A stretch of 64,000 nucleotides of DNA. It comes from Candidatus Uhrbacteria bacterium (GTDB lineage: Bacteria; Patescibacteriota; Patescibacteriia; UBA9934). The notes under the pieces are model-generated. The model made no database searches. It was not told the DNA's origin and saw nothing but the letters and a program-made list of their open reading frames with translations. Where the stretch lies: contig CAWGHH010000002.1 of the NCBI GenBank assembly GCA_963822405.1, positions 107,703 through 171,702 on the forward strand, given 5' to 3'. The translations under genes and the position numbers were made by a program. This document shows positions 8,775 to 18,381 of this stretch, in pieces. The stretch's first letter is position 1, and every line of letters starts with the position of its first letter.

Positions 8775-9326
8775 TTAATTTTCGGTAGTGTGTCCGGAGA
8801 GCGCGAACGTGGTATCAGCCGAGAAAGAAGAGTGACGATACGCGCCTACTCCAGGGTTCAGCATGGCCATATCATAACTGATTCTTAAACCGGATAATGT
8901 TGAACCAGTACGGATAACATCAATGCGCCATTGGGTTACGTCGATTTCTGGATCCGTCAGATAGGTTGCTGGGTTCGCACCTTTTTGCATCCGTAATCTC
9001 CGAACGTTTTGTGGCGCTCCAGTAAAAGTTACCGCCACAGTTGGTCGATCAATGGTCACGAGCTGACCAGTAGCATCCAGAAATTTCAAGACTCCATTGT
9101 CATTAGATAAAGTAGACGTACTAACATTAATCGCGTCAGCTTCAGTGAGTGAATTCTGCAACTCAAGAAACATGACTGAGGCAGTTTGTTCCATTCGAGA
9201 TCGGGCATCAAGAAGTGTATAAGTCTGCCAGAGGTTCACTAGAAACATTACGAAGGTCGGAAGAACGATCATGACAATCCCAACGTAGAGAATGGTTTCA
9301 AGCAGCGTTGTGCCTTTGTTGTTCAT
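8775..9326 (-). CDS. Type IV pilus minor pilin / pseudopilin
   Basis: Start placed at MNNKG-TTLLETILYVGIVMIVL (ATG at 9326), which is a class III signal with G-1 and E+5. It lies 1 nt after the upstream stop. The longer tabulated ORF (to 9374) adds a non-conserved extension. Confidence 0.55.
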   Translation of the reverse strand: MNNKGTTLLETILYVGIVMIVLPTFVMFLVNLWQTYTLLDARSRMEQTASVMFLELQNSLTEADAINVSTSTLSNDNGVLKFLDATGQLVTIDRPTVAVTFTGAPQNVRRLRMQKGANPATYLTDPEIDVTQWRIDVIRTGSTLSGLRISYDMAMLNPGVGAYRHSSFSADTTFALSGHTTEN

Positions 9327-9327
9327 A

Positions 9328-10209
9328 CTAAATTGGATTGAACGAGCCTGAGGTGAAGACAGAGCCATCCGCAAAAGTTACGGACATGGTCATTGAGGCA
9401 CCGGTCATTAGGTCTTCAAATTGTCCTTTGGTGATTTGCGAAGTTTGCCCAGGTGCCATGCTGAAATTTTGAATGTCGAGCACGGTTCCTGAGTGAACAC
9501 TATGGCCGGTTGGTGTGCCGGGGCCAGACGTTGACCAGACCTTAGAGTTATCAATAAAGAGTTGCTCAAATTCAGAACCGTTACTCCAGGTGAAGCTTAT
9601 TTTGTCGATTGTTACACTCGTCCCACCGGTGTTAGTAAAATATAGTTGTCTAAGCTGTTTACCTCCGTAGAATTGTGCAGCATCAACGGCAAAGCTTACT
9701 TGTCCCGCTTGTCTTGGGGCAAAGCAAGTTCCGGTCGGGTTCAGCCAGTTTGTTCGTAGCGTGGTGGTTGAAGTAGTGTGAGTTCTGCCGGCGGTATCAG
9801 TCCAGCTGGTTTCGCTGATAATTTTTTTGCTATCTGGATCAATGGTGCCGCCTGAAGCGACCACGCCACAAGAAGCATCTCGGTAGACTGAAGAGATTTT
9901 TACAATTCTGGTTGAGCCATCAGCTAATGTTTGCGGGCCGTTGGTCGTCAGCGTCCACGAGGGAGCAATAAAGGTCAAGGCGCCGGTTAGAGTATTCGTC
10001 AGACTTGCGAAAGAAATTGTTCTAAGCGCCTCTGCGCCTTCATTTGCACTCCATAGCGACTGTTGAATCTCTTGGGCTCGGTCACTACCGCGGTTAGTGA
10101 CGACCACAAAACCAATGAGAGCCGTCATGAAAGATGCGGTCACGCCAATTGCTACTATAGCCTCAAGAAGCAACGAACCTTTTTGAATAGCATTTCTTGA
10201 GTTACGCAT
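9328..10209 (-). CDS. Type IV pilus minor pilin / pseudopilin
   Basis: 293 aa. MRNSRNAIQKG-SLLLEAIVAIGV is a prepilin leader with E+5. Start and stop are coupled to neighbouring genes. Confidence 0.55.
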   Translation of the reverse strand: MRNSRNAIQKGSLLLEAIVAIGVTASFMTALIGFVVVTNRGSDRAQEIQQSLWSANEGAEALRTISFASLTNTLTGALTFIAPSWTLTTNGPQTLADGSTRIVKISSVYRDASCGVVASGGTIDPDSKKIISETSWTDTAGRTHTTSTTTLRTNWLNPTGTCFAPRQAGQVSFAVDAAQFYGGKQLRQLYFTNTGGTSVTIDKISFTWSNGSEFEQLFIDNSKVWSTSGPGTPTGHSVHSGTVLDIQNFSMAPGQTSQITKGQFEDLMTGASMTMSVTFADGSVFTSGSFNPI

Positions 10210-10212
10210 AGG

Positions 10213-10707
10213 TTATTGACGGTTAACAAAACCGTCCGGAGTAACGGTTAGCACACGCGTGGTGTCATACCAGCCGAGCGAGATCGAACCGTATTGAGCA
10301 GTGGCGCCGGACAGCGGGCTAAAAACTATCTCATGGTCATTTGTAGTATTTGGTGCCACTCCACTAAAATCGACGGCCAAAAAGTGGATGTTGTTGCTGA
10401 CTGTATAGATATCGTCACAAGCTATATCTCTGGTGGCGTAGGTGGCTCCGCAAAAAATAGTGACAGTCGTGGTTGCTCTGGTGCTTTCATTATAGGGTAT
10501 ATAAACCCCCCAAGAAGTACCTCCTAATCCGTGGCGAGCTTTGCGGGCGGCGGTCGACAGGATGTGGAGTATCTCGCGGTCGCTGGCACTTGAGGCTACG
10601 GATTGTTGAAATTTTGTTAAGGCTATTCCGGAGATCGAAAAAAGAATCCCAAATACACCAAGGGTGATAATGATTTCAAGAAATGTAAATCCTTTTGGGT
10701 TTTCCAT
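10213..10707 (-). CDS. Type IV pilus minor pilin / pseudopilin
   Basis: Start placed at MENPKG-FTFLEIIITLGVFGIL (ATG at 10707), the canonical N-methylation motif GFTxxE. It is 1 nt from the pilC stop. Confidence 0.6.
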   Translation of the reverse strand: MENPKGFTFLEIIITLGVFGILFSISGIALTKFQQSVASSASDREILHILSTAARKARHGLGGTSWGVYIPYNESTRATTTVTIFCGATYATRDIACDDIYTVSNNIHFLAVDFSGVAPNTTNDHEIVFSPLSGATAQYGSISLGWYDTTRVLTVTPDGFVNRQ

Positions 10708-10708
10708 G

Positions 10709-11791
10709 TTAGATTGAACCGACCACTTGATAGATAGGGGTAATGATCGAGAAGGCAAGTACAGCAACCATCAGTCCAATCCCGACAATCATAATAGGCT
10801 CAATAAGTGTGGTAACGTTTTTTGTGGCCTCGTCTATTTCTTGTTCGTAGAAATTCGCTAGATAGATGAGCATCTCTCCTAGGGTGCCAGTCTCCTCGCC
10901 GACGCGAATTAGACGCAAGGCAATAGGTGGAACTAGATAATTATTCGAGGTGAGAGCCAGGGTGATTGTTTTTCCTTCAGAAACGATAGTTTGCATTTTA
11001 GTAAAGAGACGCCTGTAATAGAAATTTTTAATCACGGACACGGTCACTGGTAGGGCTTCATCAAGTGGCATTCCGGTATTGAGTAAGGTACCGAGAAGTC
11101 GCATGATTCTGGCGAGGTTAGTATTTCTGACAATTTTTCCTAGAACTGGAACATGCAGTGTTAAGAAGTGGGTGATTGGTTTTACAAAAGAAAAATTCCG
11201 GATGAATAAGAAGATGATAGTTGAGGCGATCACTACGCCTGCGATTAAAATCCCATAATGTTGAACTACAAAGGCTATCCAAATCAGAACTTTTGTAGTC
11301 CAGGGCAGTGGCACGTCGAGAGATTTGAATAGCGCGGTAATATTTGGCAATACGAACACCACAATCCCGGTACAGATAATAATAGCGCTCATGAAAACAA
11401 TAGACGGATACATCATGGCGCTCCTAATTTTTACCCGGAGGTCATGTTCTTTCTGCATCTGATCGGCCAGTTGTTGAAGATTGCCTTGGAGAGTACCAGA
11501 GTTTTCACCAGCTCGAATGAGGTTTATGAAGGTGGTAGAGAAAACATGCGGAAACTTTTCAAGACCGTCAGCCAGTGTGTTGCCGCTTCTGACGGATTCT
11601 CTGAGGCTGGTTAAGATTGTTTTGAGGGAGCCTTTTGATTGACTCGAAAGAATCTCAATGGCGTCATCAATCGGTAGGCCAGATTTAAGGAGAACGGCTA
11701 AATATTTAGTAAGTAAAAGTTGCTCGGTTAGCGAAAGCTGAACCGACATTTTAGTGTATAGACTTACGGATGGGAGTTGTTTTTCGACCAT
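10709..11791 (-). CDS. pilC: Type IV pilus assembly platform protein PilC (GspF family)
   Basis: 360 aa with duplicated T2SS-F domains (LLKSGLPIDDAIEIL... and LLNTGMPLDEALPV) and 3 TM regions. Confidence 0.85.
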   Translation of the reverse strand: MVEKQLPSVSLYTKMSVQLSLTEQLLLTKYLAVLLKSGLPIDDAIEILSSQSKGSLKTILTSLRESVRSGNTLADGLEKFPHVFSTTFINLIRAGENSGTLQGNLQQLADQMQKEHDLRVKIRSAMMYPSIVFMSAIIICTGIVVFVLPNITALFKSLDVPLPWTTKVLIWIAFVVQHYGILIAGVVIASTIIFLFIRNFSFVKPITHFLTLHVPVLGKIVRNTNLARIMRLLGTLLNTGMPLDEALPVTVSVIKNFYYRRLFTKMQTIVSEGKTITLALTSNNYLVPPIALRLIRVGEETGTLGEMLIYLANFYEQEIDEATKNVTTLIEPIMIVGIGLMVAVLAFSIITPIYQVVGSI

Positions 11792-11794
11792 AAA

Positions 11795-13099
11795 CTATTC
11801 TTCCATGACGCGACTAAGTTCTTCTATGGTGGTTTCTTTGGATAATACTTTTCTCACGCCATCCTCCATGATAGTGGTCATGCCTTCTTTTTTTGCTAAC
11901 TCCTGAATTTCATCACTTGTTGCGCGCTTGTTGATTAGGCCTTGGATAGGCACGGAATTTTCTAGAACTTCATAAATACCAACTCGGCCTTTGTACCCGG
12001 TATCATTGCATTTTGTACAACCTTTTGCTTTTGCAATCTCGATTGTTTTTTTGTCTTTAAACAAGGCATCCGCCGTTTGTTTGTGCAGCATTTTCCTTCC
12101 TTCCTCGACGTTTAAGGTTTGTGTTTCGACACAATCTTTGCAGACGCGTCTAACTAGTCTTTGGGCGATAGCACAAATAAAAGTAGAAGAGATGAGGAAT
12201 GGTTCTACTCCCATATCAATAAGTCGAGGAATGCTGGTAGCCGAGTTATTAGTATGGAGAGTGGACAGGAGTTTGTGTCCTGTTAGCGCGGCGTTCACGG
12301 CAATCTTTGCTGTCTCTTCATCTCTAATTTCTCCAACCATGATGATGTCAGGATCTTGTCTTAATAGGGCTCGTAAACCGGTAGCAAAGGTTAATTTGGC
12401 CACGTGGTCAACTTGGCTTTGATTGACTCCTGGAATTTCAAATTCGACTGGATCTTCTATGGTAGCAATGTTTACTTCCCGTCTATTGATTACTTCAAGA
12501 ATGGCGTAAATACTAGTAGTTTTTCCGCTACCAGTTGGACCAGTAGCCAGAATCATGCCCCACGGTTTTTTAATAGCTCTTGTGATACGCGCCAAATCTT
12601 CTTCGCAGAAACCAAGCTGTTCAAGGGTTAATTGGTGCGATTGGCTCGAGAGAAGACGCAGAACTCCCTTTTCACCTAAGGAATCTGGGAGGATCGAGAC
12701 GCGAACGTCTACATCTCCAAGTGGGGAGGCGAATTTGAATCTGCCGTCTTGTGGGCCGTGATGCTCGTCAGTGCGCATTCTGGTTAAGATCTTGATACGA
12801 GCCACTAGCTGGGTATGGAGAGCTGTATCTAAAGTGAATTCATCATGAAGAATGCCGTCAATTCGAATACGAATAATGGCGTGATCTTTCCAGGGCTCAA
12901 GGTGGACGTCTGAGGCCCGAGCAGCATGGGCAAAGATCATGATCATTTCAAAGAGTCTGATGGCTGCATCTGAGGTGGTACCTGCGGTTGCCTTTACGAT
13001 GAGATCTTCAACATCTTTTTTTGACGGAAGTTTAGCAGTTGCAACTTTAGAGGTTTTTAAGGCTGGGGCGCTAATTTTAGTTTTTTTCTCGACGGCCAT
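11795..13099 (-). CDS. pilB: Type IV pilus assembly ATPase PilB (GspE family)
   Basis: Walker A GPTGSGKTT, Asp/His boxes, and a C-terminal tetracysteine motif (CKDC...CTKC). Likely start MAVEKK at 13099; the tabulated ORF extends to 13165. Confidence 0.9.
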   Translation of the reverse strand: MAVEKKTKISAPALKTSKVATAKLPSKKDVEDLIVKATAGTTSDAAIRLFEMIMIFAHAARASDVHLEPWKDHAIIRIRIDGILHDEFTLDTALHTQLVARIKILTRMRTDEHHGPQDGRFKFASPLGDVDVRVSILPDSLGEKGVLRLLSSQSHQLTLEQLGFCEEDLARITRAIKKPWGMILATGPTGSGKTTSIYAILEVINRREVNIATIEDPVEFEIPGVNQSQVDHVAKLTFATGLRALLRQDPDIIMVGEIRDEETAKIAVNAALTGHKLLSTLHTNNSATSIPRLIDMGVEPFLISSTFICAIAQRLVRRVCKDCVETQTLNVEEGRKMLHKQTADALFKDKKTIEIAKAKGCTKCNDTGYKGRVGIYEVLENSVPIQGLINKRATSDEIQELAKKEGMTTIMEDGVRKVLSKETTIEELSRVMEE

Positions 13100-13236
13100 A
13101 TATGCATTATTATAGTTGATCGACGGGCATTTTGTGATGGTGGGTGTGTATGAGGTTATGCACATTTAGTGATGGTTCGATCTCATGTTGGCAAATGTAG
13201 ATTATAATACGGTTATTCTTAACGAATGAATTTTCT

Positions 13237-13719
13237 ATGAAGAGCGCGCAAAGTGAGGCCAAAGGTTTTACACTTATCGAATTGTTGATCGTGATCGCTA
13301 TCATTGTAGTGCTCGCTGCTGCAGTTTTCGTGGCTTTGAACCCAGCTAAGCGTTTTGCTGATGCTCGTGATTCACGTCGTTCAAGCGATGTTACGAACAT
13401 TGTTGCGGCTTTGAAGACGGCGCAGGTTGATAACGGCGGAGCTTACATTGCTTCGGTGGTAGCTATGACCGCAGATACGGCCTATGTTATTGGTACTGAT
13501 GCTACCGGCTGTAATACAGGCTGCACTGCCCAGACAACTAATGCCGCGTGTGTTGATCTCACAGCTCTGCAGACGGCTGGTTACTTGGGTAGCATTCCGA
13601 TGGATCCTTCGAGCGGTGCCGCCACAAAGACAGACTACTATTTGATGAGAAACACTTCAGGCACGCTTACGGCTGGTGCTTGTGACCCAGAGAACGCACC
13701 TATCTCACTTAGCCGATAA
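13237..13719 (+). CDS. pilA: Type IV major pilin (PilA-like)
   Basis: MKSAQSEAKG-FTLIELLIVIAIIVVLAA is a textbook prepilin leader and N-methyl-Phe/Glu5 helix. Cys pairs could form a C-terminal disulfide loop. Divergent from pilB, with a strong downstream terminator. Confidence 0.8.
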   Translation: MKSAQSEAKGFTLIELLIVIAIIVVLAAAVFVALNPAKRFADARDSRRSSDVTNIVAALKTAQVDNGGAYIASVVAMTADTAYVIGTDATGCNTGCTAQTTNAACVDLTALQTAGYLGSIPMDPSSGAATKTDYYLMRNTSGTLTAGACDPENAPISLSR

Positions 13720-13741
13720 TACGCAAGTATAGTTTTAATGA

Positions 13742-13770
13742 GACGGAGCCTCATGGCTTCGTCTTTTTAT
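13742..13770 (+). terminator. Rho-independent terminator after pilA
   Basis: gacggagcc tcat ggcttcgtc forms a stem with one G-T wobble, followed by ttttt. Confidence 0.55.
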
Positions 13771-13792
13771 TTGTGTTAATCTGGGCGTATCT

Positions 13793-15937
13793 ATGAAGGA
13801 ATTTGTACTCTCTGGTGGTGGTGCTGTTAAGCTGAATATCGACTATAAGGCCGAGTTGAATGCCGAGCAGTACGCAGTTGTTGAGAATGGCGATGGGCCT
13901 TGCTTGGTGCTCGCCGGAGCAGGATCGGGCAAAACTCGAACTGTTACTTATCGGGTCGCTTGGTTACTTGAGCATGGTGTGCCGGCCGATAGAATTTTGC
14001 TTTTGACCTTTACTAACAAGGCGGCGAAAGAAATGATCACTCGCTCGGCCGCGGTTTTAAAAGTATTTCCTCAAGGACTTTGGTCTGGCACTTTTCATTC
14101 TATTGCGAACAGACTTTTGCGAATGTATGGGGACAGAACAGTTTTCGGTCGAGACTTTTCGATCCTCGACGAAGAGGACGCAAACGCGATGATGAAGCTT
14201 TGTATTAAAGAGCGACATGTAAAAGTGACGGGAGAGCGTTTTCCGTCGCCTGCGGTTTGTCGATCTATTGGCTCGTATGCGGTGAATGCGCGTCTATCAC
14301 CCGAACAGGTGCTTAATTGGAAGCATCCGGCGCTTGAACCGTTTAAGGAGGACGTGCTGGCGGTGATTGGTTTGTATGCCAAGGAGAAGGAGCGCCAGAA
14401 GTCCATGGACTTTGATGATTTGCTCGTGAAGCTGCTTGAGTTATTGCAGACTGATGATGATTTGCGCCAGAAACTTGGCAATAAGTTTGCGTATGTGCTA
14501 GTCGATGAGTTCCAGGACACGAACATGATTCAGGCGGAGATTGTTCATTTATTATCGAGTGTAAATCACAACTTGTTAGTAGTCGGTGATGACGCGCAGA
14601 GCATTTATTCTTTTCGAGCCGCCGAGATTAAGAATATTTTGGACTTTCCTAAGCGCTATGAGAATGCGCAGGTCTTTCGGCTTGTTACAAACTATCGGTC
14701 GACTCCAGAAATTCTCGATGTCGCAAACGCGGTAATCAAAAATAACAAGGAACAATTCGCAAAGGATCTGACAGCCGTAGTCGGTCACGGCGACAAACCA
14801 CTCGTTGTCCCAGCCGCCGACGAGAGACAAGAAGCGCAGTATGTCGCCGAGCAGATTCTCGAATTGATCGACGGGGGCGCGCCGATGAAAAGCATCGCGG
14901 TGCTTTTTCGAGCGGCGTTTCACTCGCAGTCACTTGAATTCGAGCTGATGCGTCGAGATATTCCGTATGAATATAGAGGGGGATTGAAATTCTTCGAGCG
15001 TGCGCACGTGAAAGATGCGATCGCTCACCTTCGAGTAATTCGAAACGTGAAAGATGGGATGGCTTGGATGCGTTCGCTCCAAATTCATCCAGGCATGGGA
15101 CTTGTTACTGCGAGTAAGGCTGCAAATTTTCTCGGCGAACTTCCCGATGCACAATCGGCCATTACAAGTTATCCGCCACTTGGTGCAAAGGCGACTATGG
15201 GTTGGCAGAAATGTGTGCAGATTTTTGGGGCCATGTTGGTCGAGTCGTCACCGGCCGGAATGCTTCGCGCCTTTGCGTCACATGACGTGTACAGGCAGTA
15301 CTTAGAAGCCGAGTTTCAAAATGCTCGTGAACGCCAGGAAGACCTTGAGCAGTTCGGTTTGTTCGCGGAGCAATATGACAAGCTCGGAGATTTTCTTGAT
15401 GCCGTGACACTAACCGGAGATTTCGGCACTACGTTGCAGGACCCCGAACGTGCGGTACGGGCCGACTTCAATGTCGGCCCCTCCGAAGACAAGCTCATTC
15501 TCTCGACGATCCATCAGGCAAAAGGTTTAGAGTGGGACAGCGTGTTTATTATTCGCTTGGCCGAAGGCGCATTTCCTCATTCGAGATCTTATAGCGAAGA
15601 AAATGGCATGGCTGAAGAACGGCGTCTCTTTTATGTCGCCGCAACAAGAGCTCGTCGAAACCTGTACTTCACTTATCCCGTCACCACCGGTTACGAGTCT
15701 ATCGACATCCGCCAGCCTTCCCAGTTCCTCGATGAGATCCCGAAAGAAATGGTTGAAGAGGTTCGTTTGCGTACCACCGTTCCATCCTGGGGCTCCTCGA
15801 CTGCATACCGACCATCAGCTCCTCGTCCCTCCGCTAATGTTTATGACGATGAACCAACGATAGTTCTAGACGACAACGGTGAGCGTACCCAAAAGAAAAT
15901 GCCTAGTAGCTTCTTGAGAAGTGTTGATGAACTATAA
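13793..15937 (+). CDS. uvrD: ATP-dependent DNA helicase, UvrD/PcrA family
   Basis: 714 aa. Motif I LVLAGAGSGKTRTVTYRVAWLL, plus DEFQDTN (II) and VGDDAQSIYSFR (III). Confidence 0.9.
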   Translation: MKEFVLSGGGAVKLNIDYKAELNAEQYAVVENGDGPCLVLAGAGSGKTRTVTYRVAWLLEHGVPADRILLLTFTNKAAKEMITRSAAVLKVFPQGLWSGTFHSIANRLLRMYGDRTVFGRDFSILDEEDANAMMKLCIKERHVKVTGERFPSPAVCRSIGSYAVNARLSPEQVLNWKHPALEPFKEDVLAVIGLYAKEKERQKSMDFDDLLVKLLELLQTDDDLRQKLGNKFAYVLVDEFQDTNMIQAEIVHLLSSVNHNLLVVGDDAQSIYSFRAAEIKNILDFPKRYENAQVFRLVTNYRSTPEILDVANAVIKNNKEQFAKDLTAVVGHGDKPLVVPAADERQEAQYVAEQILELIDGGAPMKSIAVLFRAAFHSQSLEFELMRRDIPYEYRGGLKFFERAHVKDAIAHLRVIRNVKDGMAWMRSLQIHPGMGLVTASKAANFLGELPDAQSAITSYPPLGAKATMGWQKCVQIFGAMLVESSPAGMLRAFASHDVYRQYLEAEFQNARERQEDLEQFGLFAEQYDKLGDFLDAVTLTGDFGTTLQDPERAVRADFNVGPSEDKLILSTIHQAKGLEWDSVFIIRLAEGAFPHSRSYSEENGMAEERRLFYVAATRARRNLYFTYPVTTGYESIDIRQPSQFLDEIPKEMVEEVRLRTTVPSWGSSTAYRPSAPRPSANVYDDEPTIVLDDNGERTQKKMPSSFLRSVDEL

Positions 15938-16373
15938 TTTATCCTGAAGAGATTCTTTTATAGGAGAAAAATTTCTGAGGATCTGATCATGAAAGTATTG
16001 GTCCCCGAGCGTAGGCGAGGGGCCTAGAGGTGGTGGATTGGATATGAGAAATAGGGTCAGGTCGGGGGATGGGAATTTGTCTTTCTTGGTGGGCGAGTAC
16101 TCTCTTCGTGGGCGCGAAGACGTCTATCGAAAACCGTTGAGCTGTGTTAAACCCCGCAGGGTGCCTCGGTGAGATGAAAATAGAACGGAGCTGATGCTTC
16201 TAGTGGCTTCGAGATAACAATTTAATTTTCTACAAACGGTCCTCCAGGTGTACACTTGCGGTACACCAATTCGTAGGTGCCATAAGGAACACATGGTTCT
16301 TCTTCTTATTTCGTTATTTCGCATCGCATTGAAATCCTTCTCATAATATAAGAATCACTTCAGGGTTAGCACT

Positions 16374-16604
16374 ATGGATACACTTTTTATCGGCATTAAG
16401 GAATTTCGCCAGAACATGGCCAAGGTCACTCAGGACGCTCTTGATAACAAAAGACGCATTATTATTCTCCGTAAGAACGAACCAATTTTTGAGCTCATCC
16501 CTCTCTCAAAGAAAGACCGCGAATGTTGGAAATTCGAAATAGATTATAAGGACGAAGGTCGCACTACCTCCTGGATGAAACCTCACAAACCGTCACTCCA
16601 TTGA
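16374..16604 (+). CDS. Phd/YefM-family antitoxin-like protein (orphan)
   Basis: 76 aa. N-terminal pattern IKEFRQNMAKVTQDALDNKRRIIILRKNEPIFELIPL fits the Phd/YefM fold signature. No toxin ORF is adjacent. Confidence 0.4.
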   Translation: MDTLFIGIKEFRQNMAKVTQDALDNKRRIIILRKNEPIFELIPLSKKDRECWKFEIDYKDEGRTTSWMKPHKPSLH

Positions 16605-16658
16605 ATGGTCACATCCTTCCTTTTAAAAGAATCACGATCAGAGTAAACTCTTCGCATT

Positions 16659-17810
16659 ATGGAAATCAAAAAAGACTACGCTGCTTTGTCATTGGCTGCT
16701 CATAAGGAAAAGAAGGGAAAATGGGCGATTACTTCAAAGATGCCGCTCGTGACCGTCGACGATTTGTCGATTGCGTATACCCCTGGCGTTGCTGCACCAT
16801 GTTTGGCGATTGCGGAGGATCCAGAACTCGCCTATGAGCTGACTATGAAGGGGAACTGCGTGGCGGTTATTTCTGACGGCACTTCCGTGTTGGGACTCGG
16901 CGACATTGGTCCAATGGCGGGCTTGCCAGTGATGGAAGGGAAAGCTGTTCTATACAAGAAGTACGCTGATATTGACGCGATGCCGATTGTCCTTGCGAGC
17001 AAGAATATCGACGATATTGTGCAGGCAGTGAAAATGATTGCGCCGACTTTCGGTGGCATCCATCTCGAAGATATCGCCGCTCCTGCTTGTTTTGAAATCG
17101 AGAGACAACTAACGGAAGCGCTCGACATTCCAGTGATGCATGACGATCAACACTGCACGGCAATTGTGGTAGTCGCCGGTTTGTTCAACGCTTTAAAAGT
17201 AGTTAGCAAGGAATTATCGAATGTCCGAATTGTCGTGAACGGCGCCGGTGCTGCCGGTATCGCAATCACTCAGTTGCTACTCGACGCTGGCGCGACTAAG
17301 ATCGATCTCGTCGACTCTGTCGGCATCGTCGCTCTCGGTCGGGAGAAGATGAACTCGGAGAAAGACAGACTCGCTAAAATAATAAATACTGTTGGCAAGC
17401 TCGGGACACTCGCAGAAGCAATGAGTGGTGCAGACGTATTCATCGGGGTTAGTAGACCGGGTCTTGTAACTAAAGAGATGGTCCAGACCATGGCAAAAGA
17501 TCCAATTATTTTTGCACTCGCCAACCCAACTCCAGAAATCATGCCAGAAGAGGCGCTCGCTGGGGGAGCGGCTGTAATAGCTACCGGACGTTCTGATTAT
17601 CCAAACCAAGTGAACAATGTACTCGTGTATCCAGGTCTATTTCGTGGGTTACTTGACGGTCGAATTCGGAAACTAACCGCGAAGATGAAACTAGCCGCTG
17701 CACAGGCTCTTGCCTCGTCCATAAAAAACCCAGAAAAACAGTGTATACTACCTAGTATCTTGGAGGAGAACCCTGCAGAGAGTATTAGAAACGCCATCCT
17801 TCAGGCTTGA
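16659..17810 (+). CDS. NAD(P)-dependent malic enzyme (malate dehydrogenase, oxaloacetate-decarboxylating)
   Basis: DDLSIAYTPGVAAPCLAI...SDGTSVLGLGDIGPMAGLPVMEGKAVLYK and the Rossmann motif VVNGAGAAGIAI match the small prokaryotic malic enzyme. Confidence 0.85.
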   Translation: MEIKKDYAALSLAAHKEKKGKWAITSKMPLVTVDDLSIAYTPGVAAPCLAIAEDPELAYELTMKGNCVAVISDGTSVLGLGDIGPMAGLPVMEGKAVLYKKYADIDAMPIVLASKNIDDIVQAVKMIAPTFGGIHLEDIAAPACFEIERQLTEALDIPVMHDDQHCTAIVVVAGLFNALKVVSKELSNVRIVVNGAGAAGIAITQLLLDAGATKIDLVDSVGIVALGREKMNSEKDRLAKIINTVGKLGTLAEAMSGADVFIGVSRPGLVTKEMVQTMAKDPIIFALANPTPEIMPEEALAGGAAVIATGRSDYPNQVNNVLVYPGLFRGLLDGRIRKLTAKMKLAAAQALASSIKNPEKQCILPSILEENPAESIRNAILQA

Positions 17811-18376
17811 TTATGACCAAACGCGTTTTTCGGCATACTCGCCGAAGACGAACCTCAGTTTTCCGGCCGCTCCTGTCCTCCGCTTTTCTAATTGTCCTTG
17901 GTGGCGGTTTATTTTGGGGTGGTATTAATTGGTTTAGAGCAAGCGGTGCCATGACAGAAAAACTCATGGCTGATTCTGGTAGCGTGGCTGATGTTATTGC
18001 GCCAGAGTCCGTTTCGGCCGCTGAACCATTTTTACTTCGGGCGGATATTCTTTCTTCGGCTGACGGTAAGGCAACCGGTAGCGCCAACAGAACTCCTGGG
18101 GAGAAGAGCGCGGATTATCACTTGATTGTTTTCTTGCCAGGTATAGACGCCGCATCAGAAACTTACGCAGTATGGCTTTTGAAAGACGGTTTGGCAGATG
18201 TGAAGCGAATGGGGGACCTGTCTCCGCGAGCAGACGGTAGTTGGGTGGCGGACTTTACGGCTGGCGCGCTTAGTGGTATTGCTGATCCAGACGCTTACCG
18301 AACCCTGGTTATTATGAAGGAGAACAAGGGGGAAGACAGCGAAAAAGGAGCTAAGATTGCCGAAGCTAAATTCTAA
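17807..18376 (+). CDS. Hypothetical membrane-anchored protein
   Basis: 189 aa with an N-terminal TM segment (LLSSAFLIVLGGGLFWGGINWF) and a soluble Ala/Asp-rich domain. No motif recognised. Confidence 0.4.
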   Translation: MIMTKRVFRHTRRRRTSVFRPLLSSAFLIVLGGGLFWGGINWFRASGAMTEKLMADSGSVADVIAPESVSAAEPFLLRADILSSADGKATGSANRTPGEKSADYHLIVFLPGIDAASETYAVWLLKDGLADVKRMGDLSPRADGSWVADFTAGALSGIADPDAYRTLVIMKENKGEDSEKGAKIAEAKF

Positions 18377-18381
18377 ACTTT

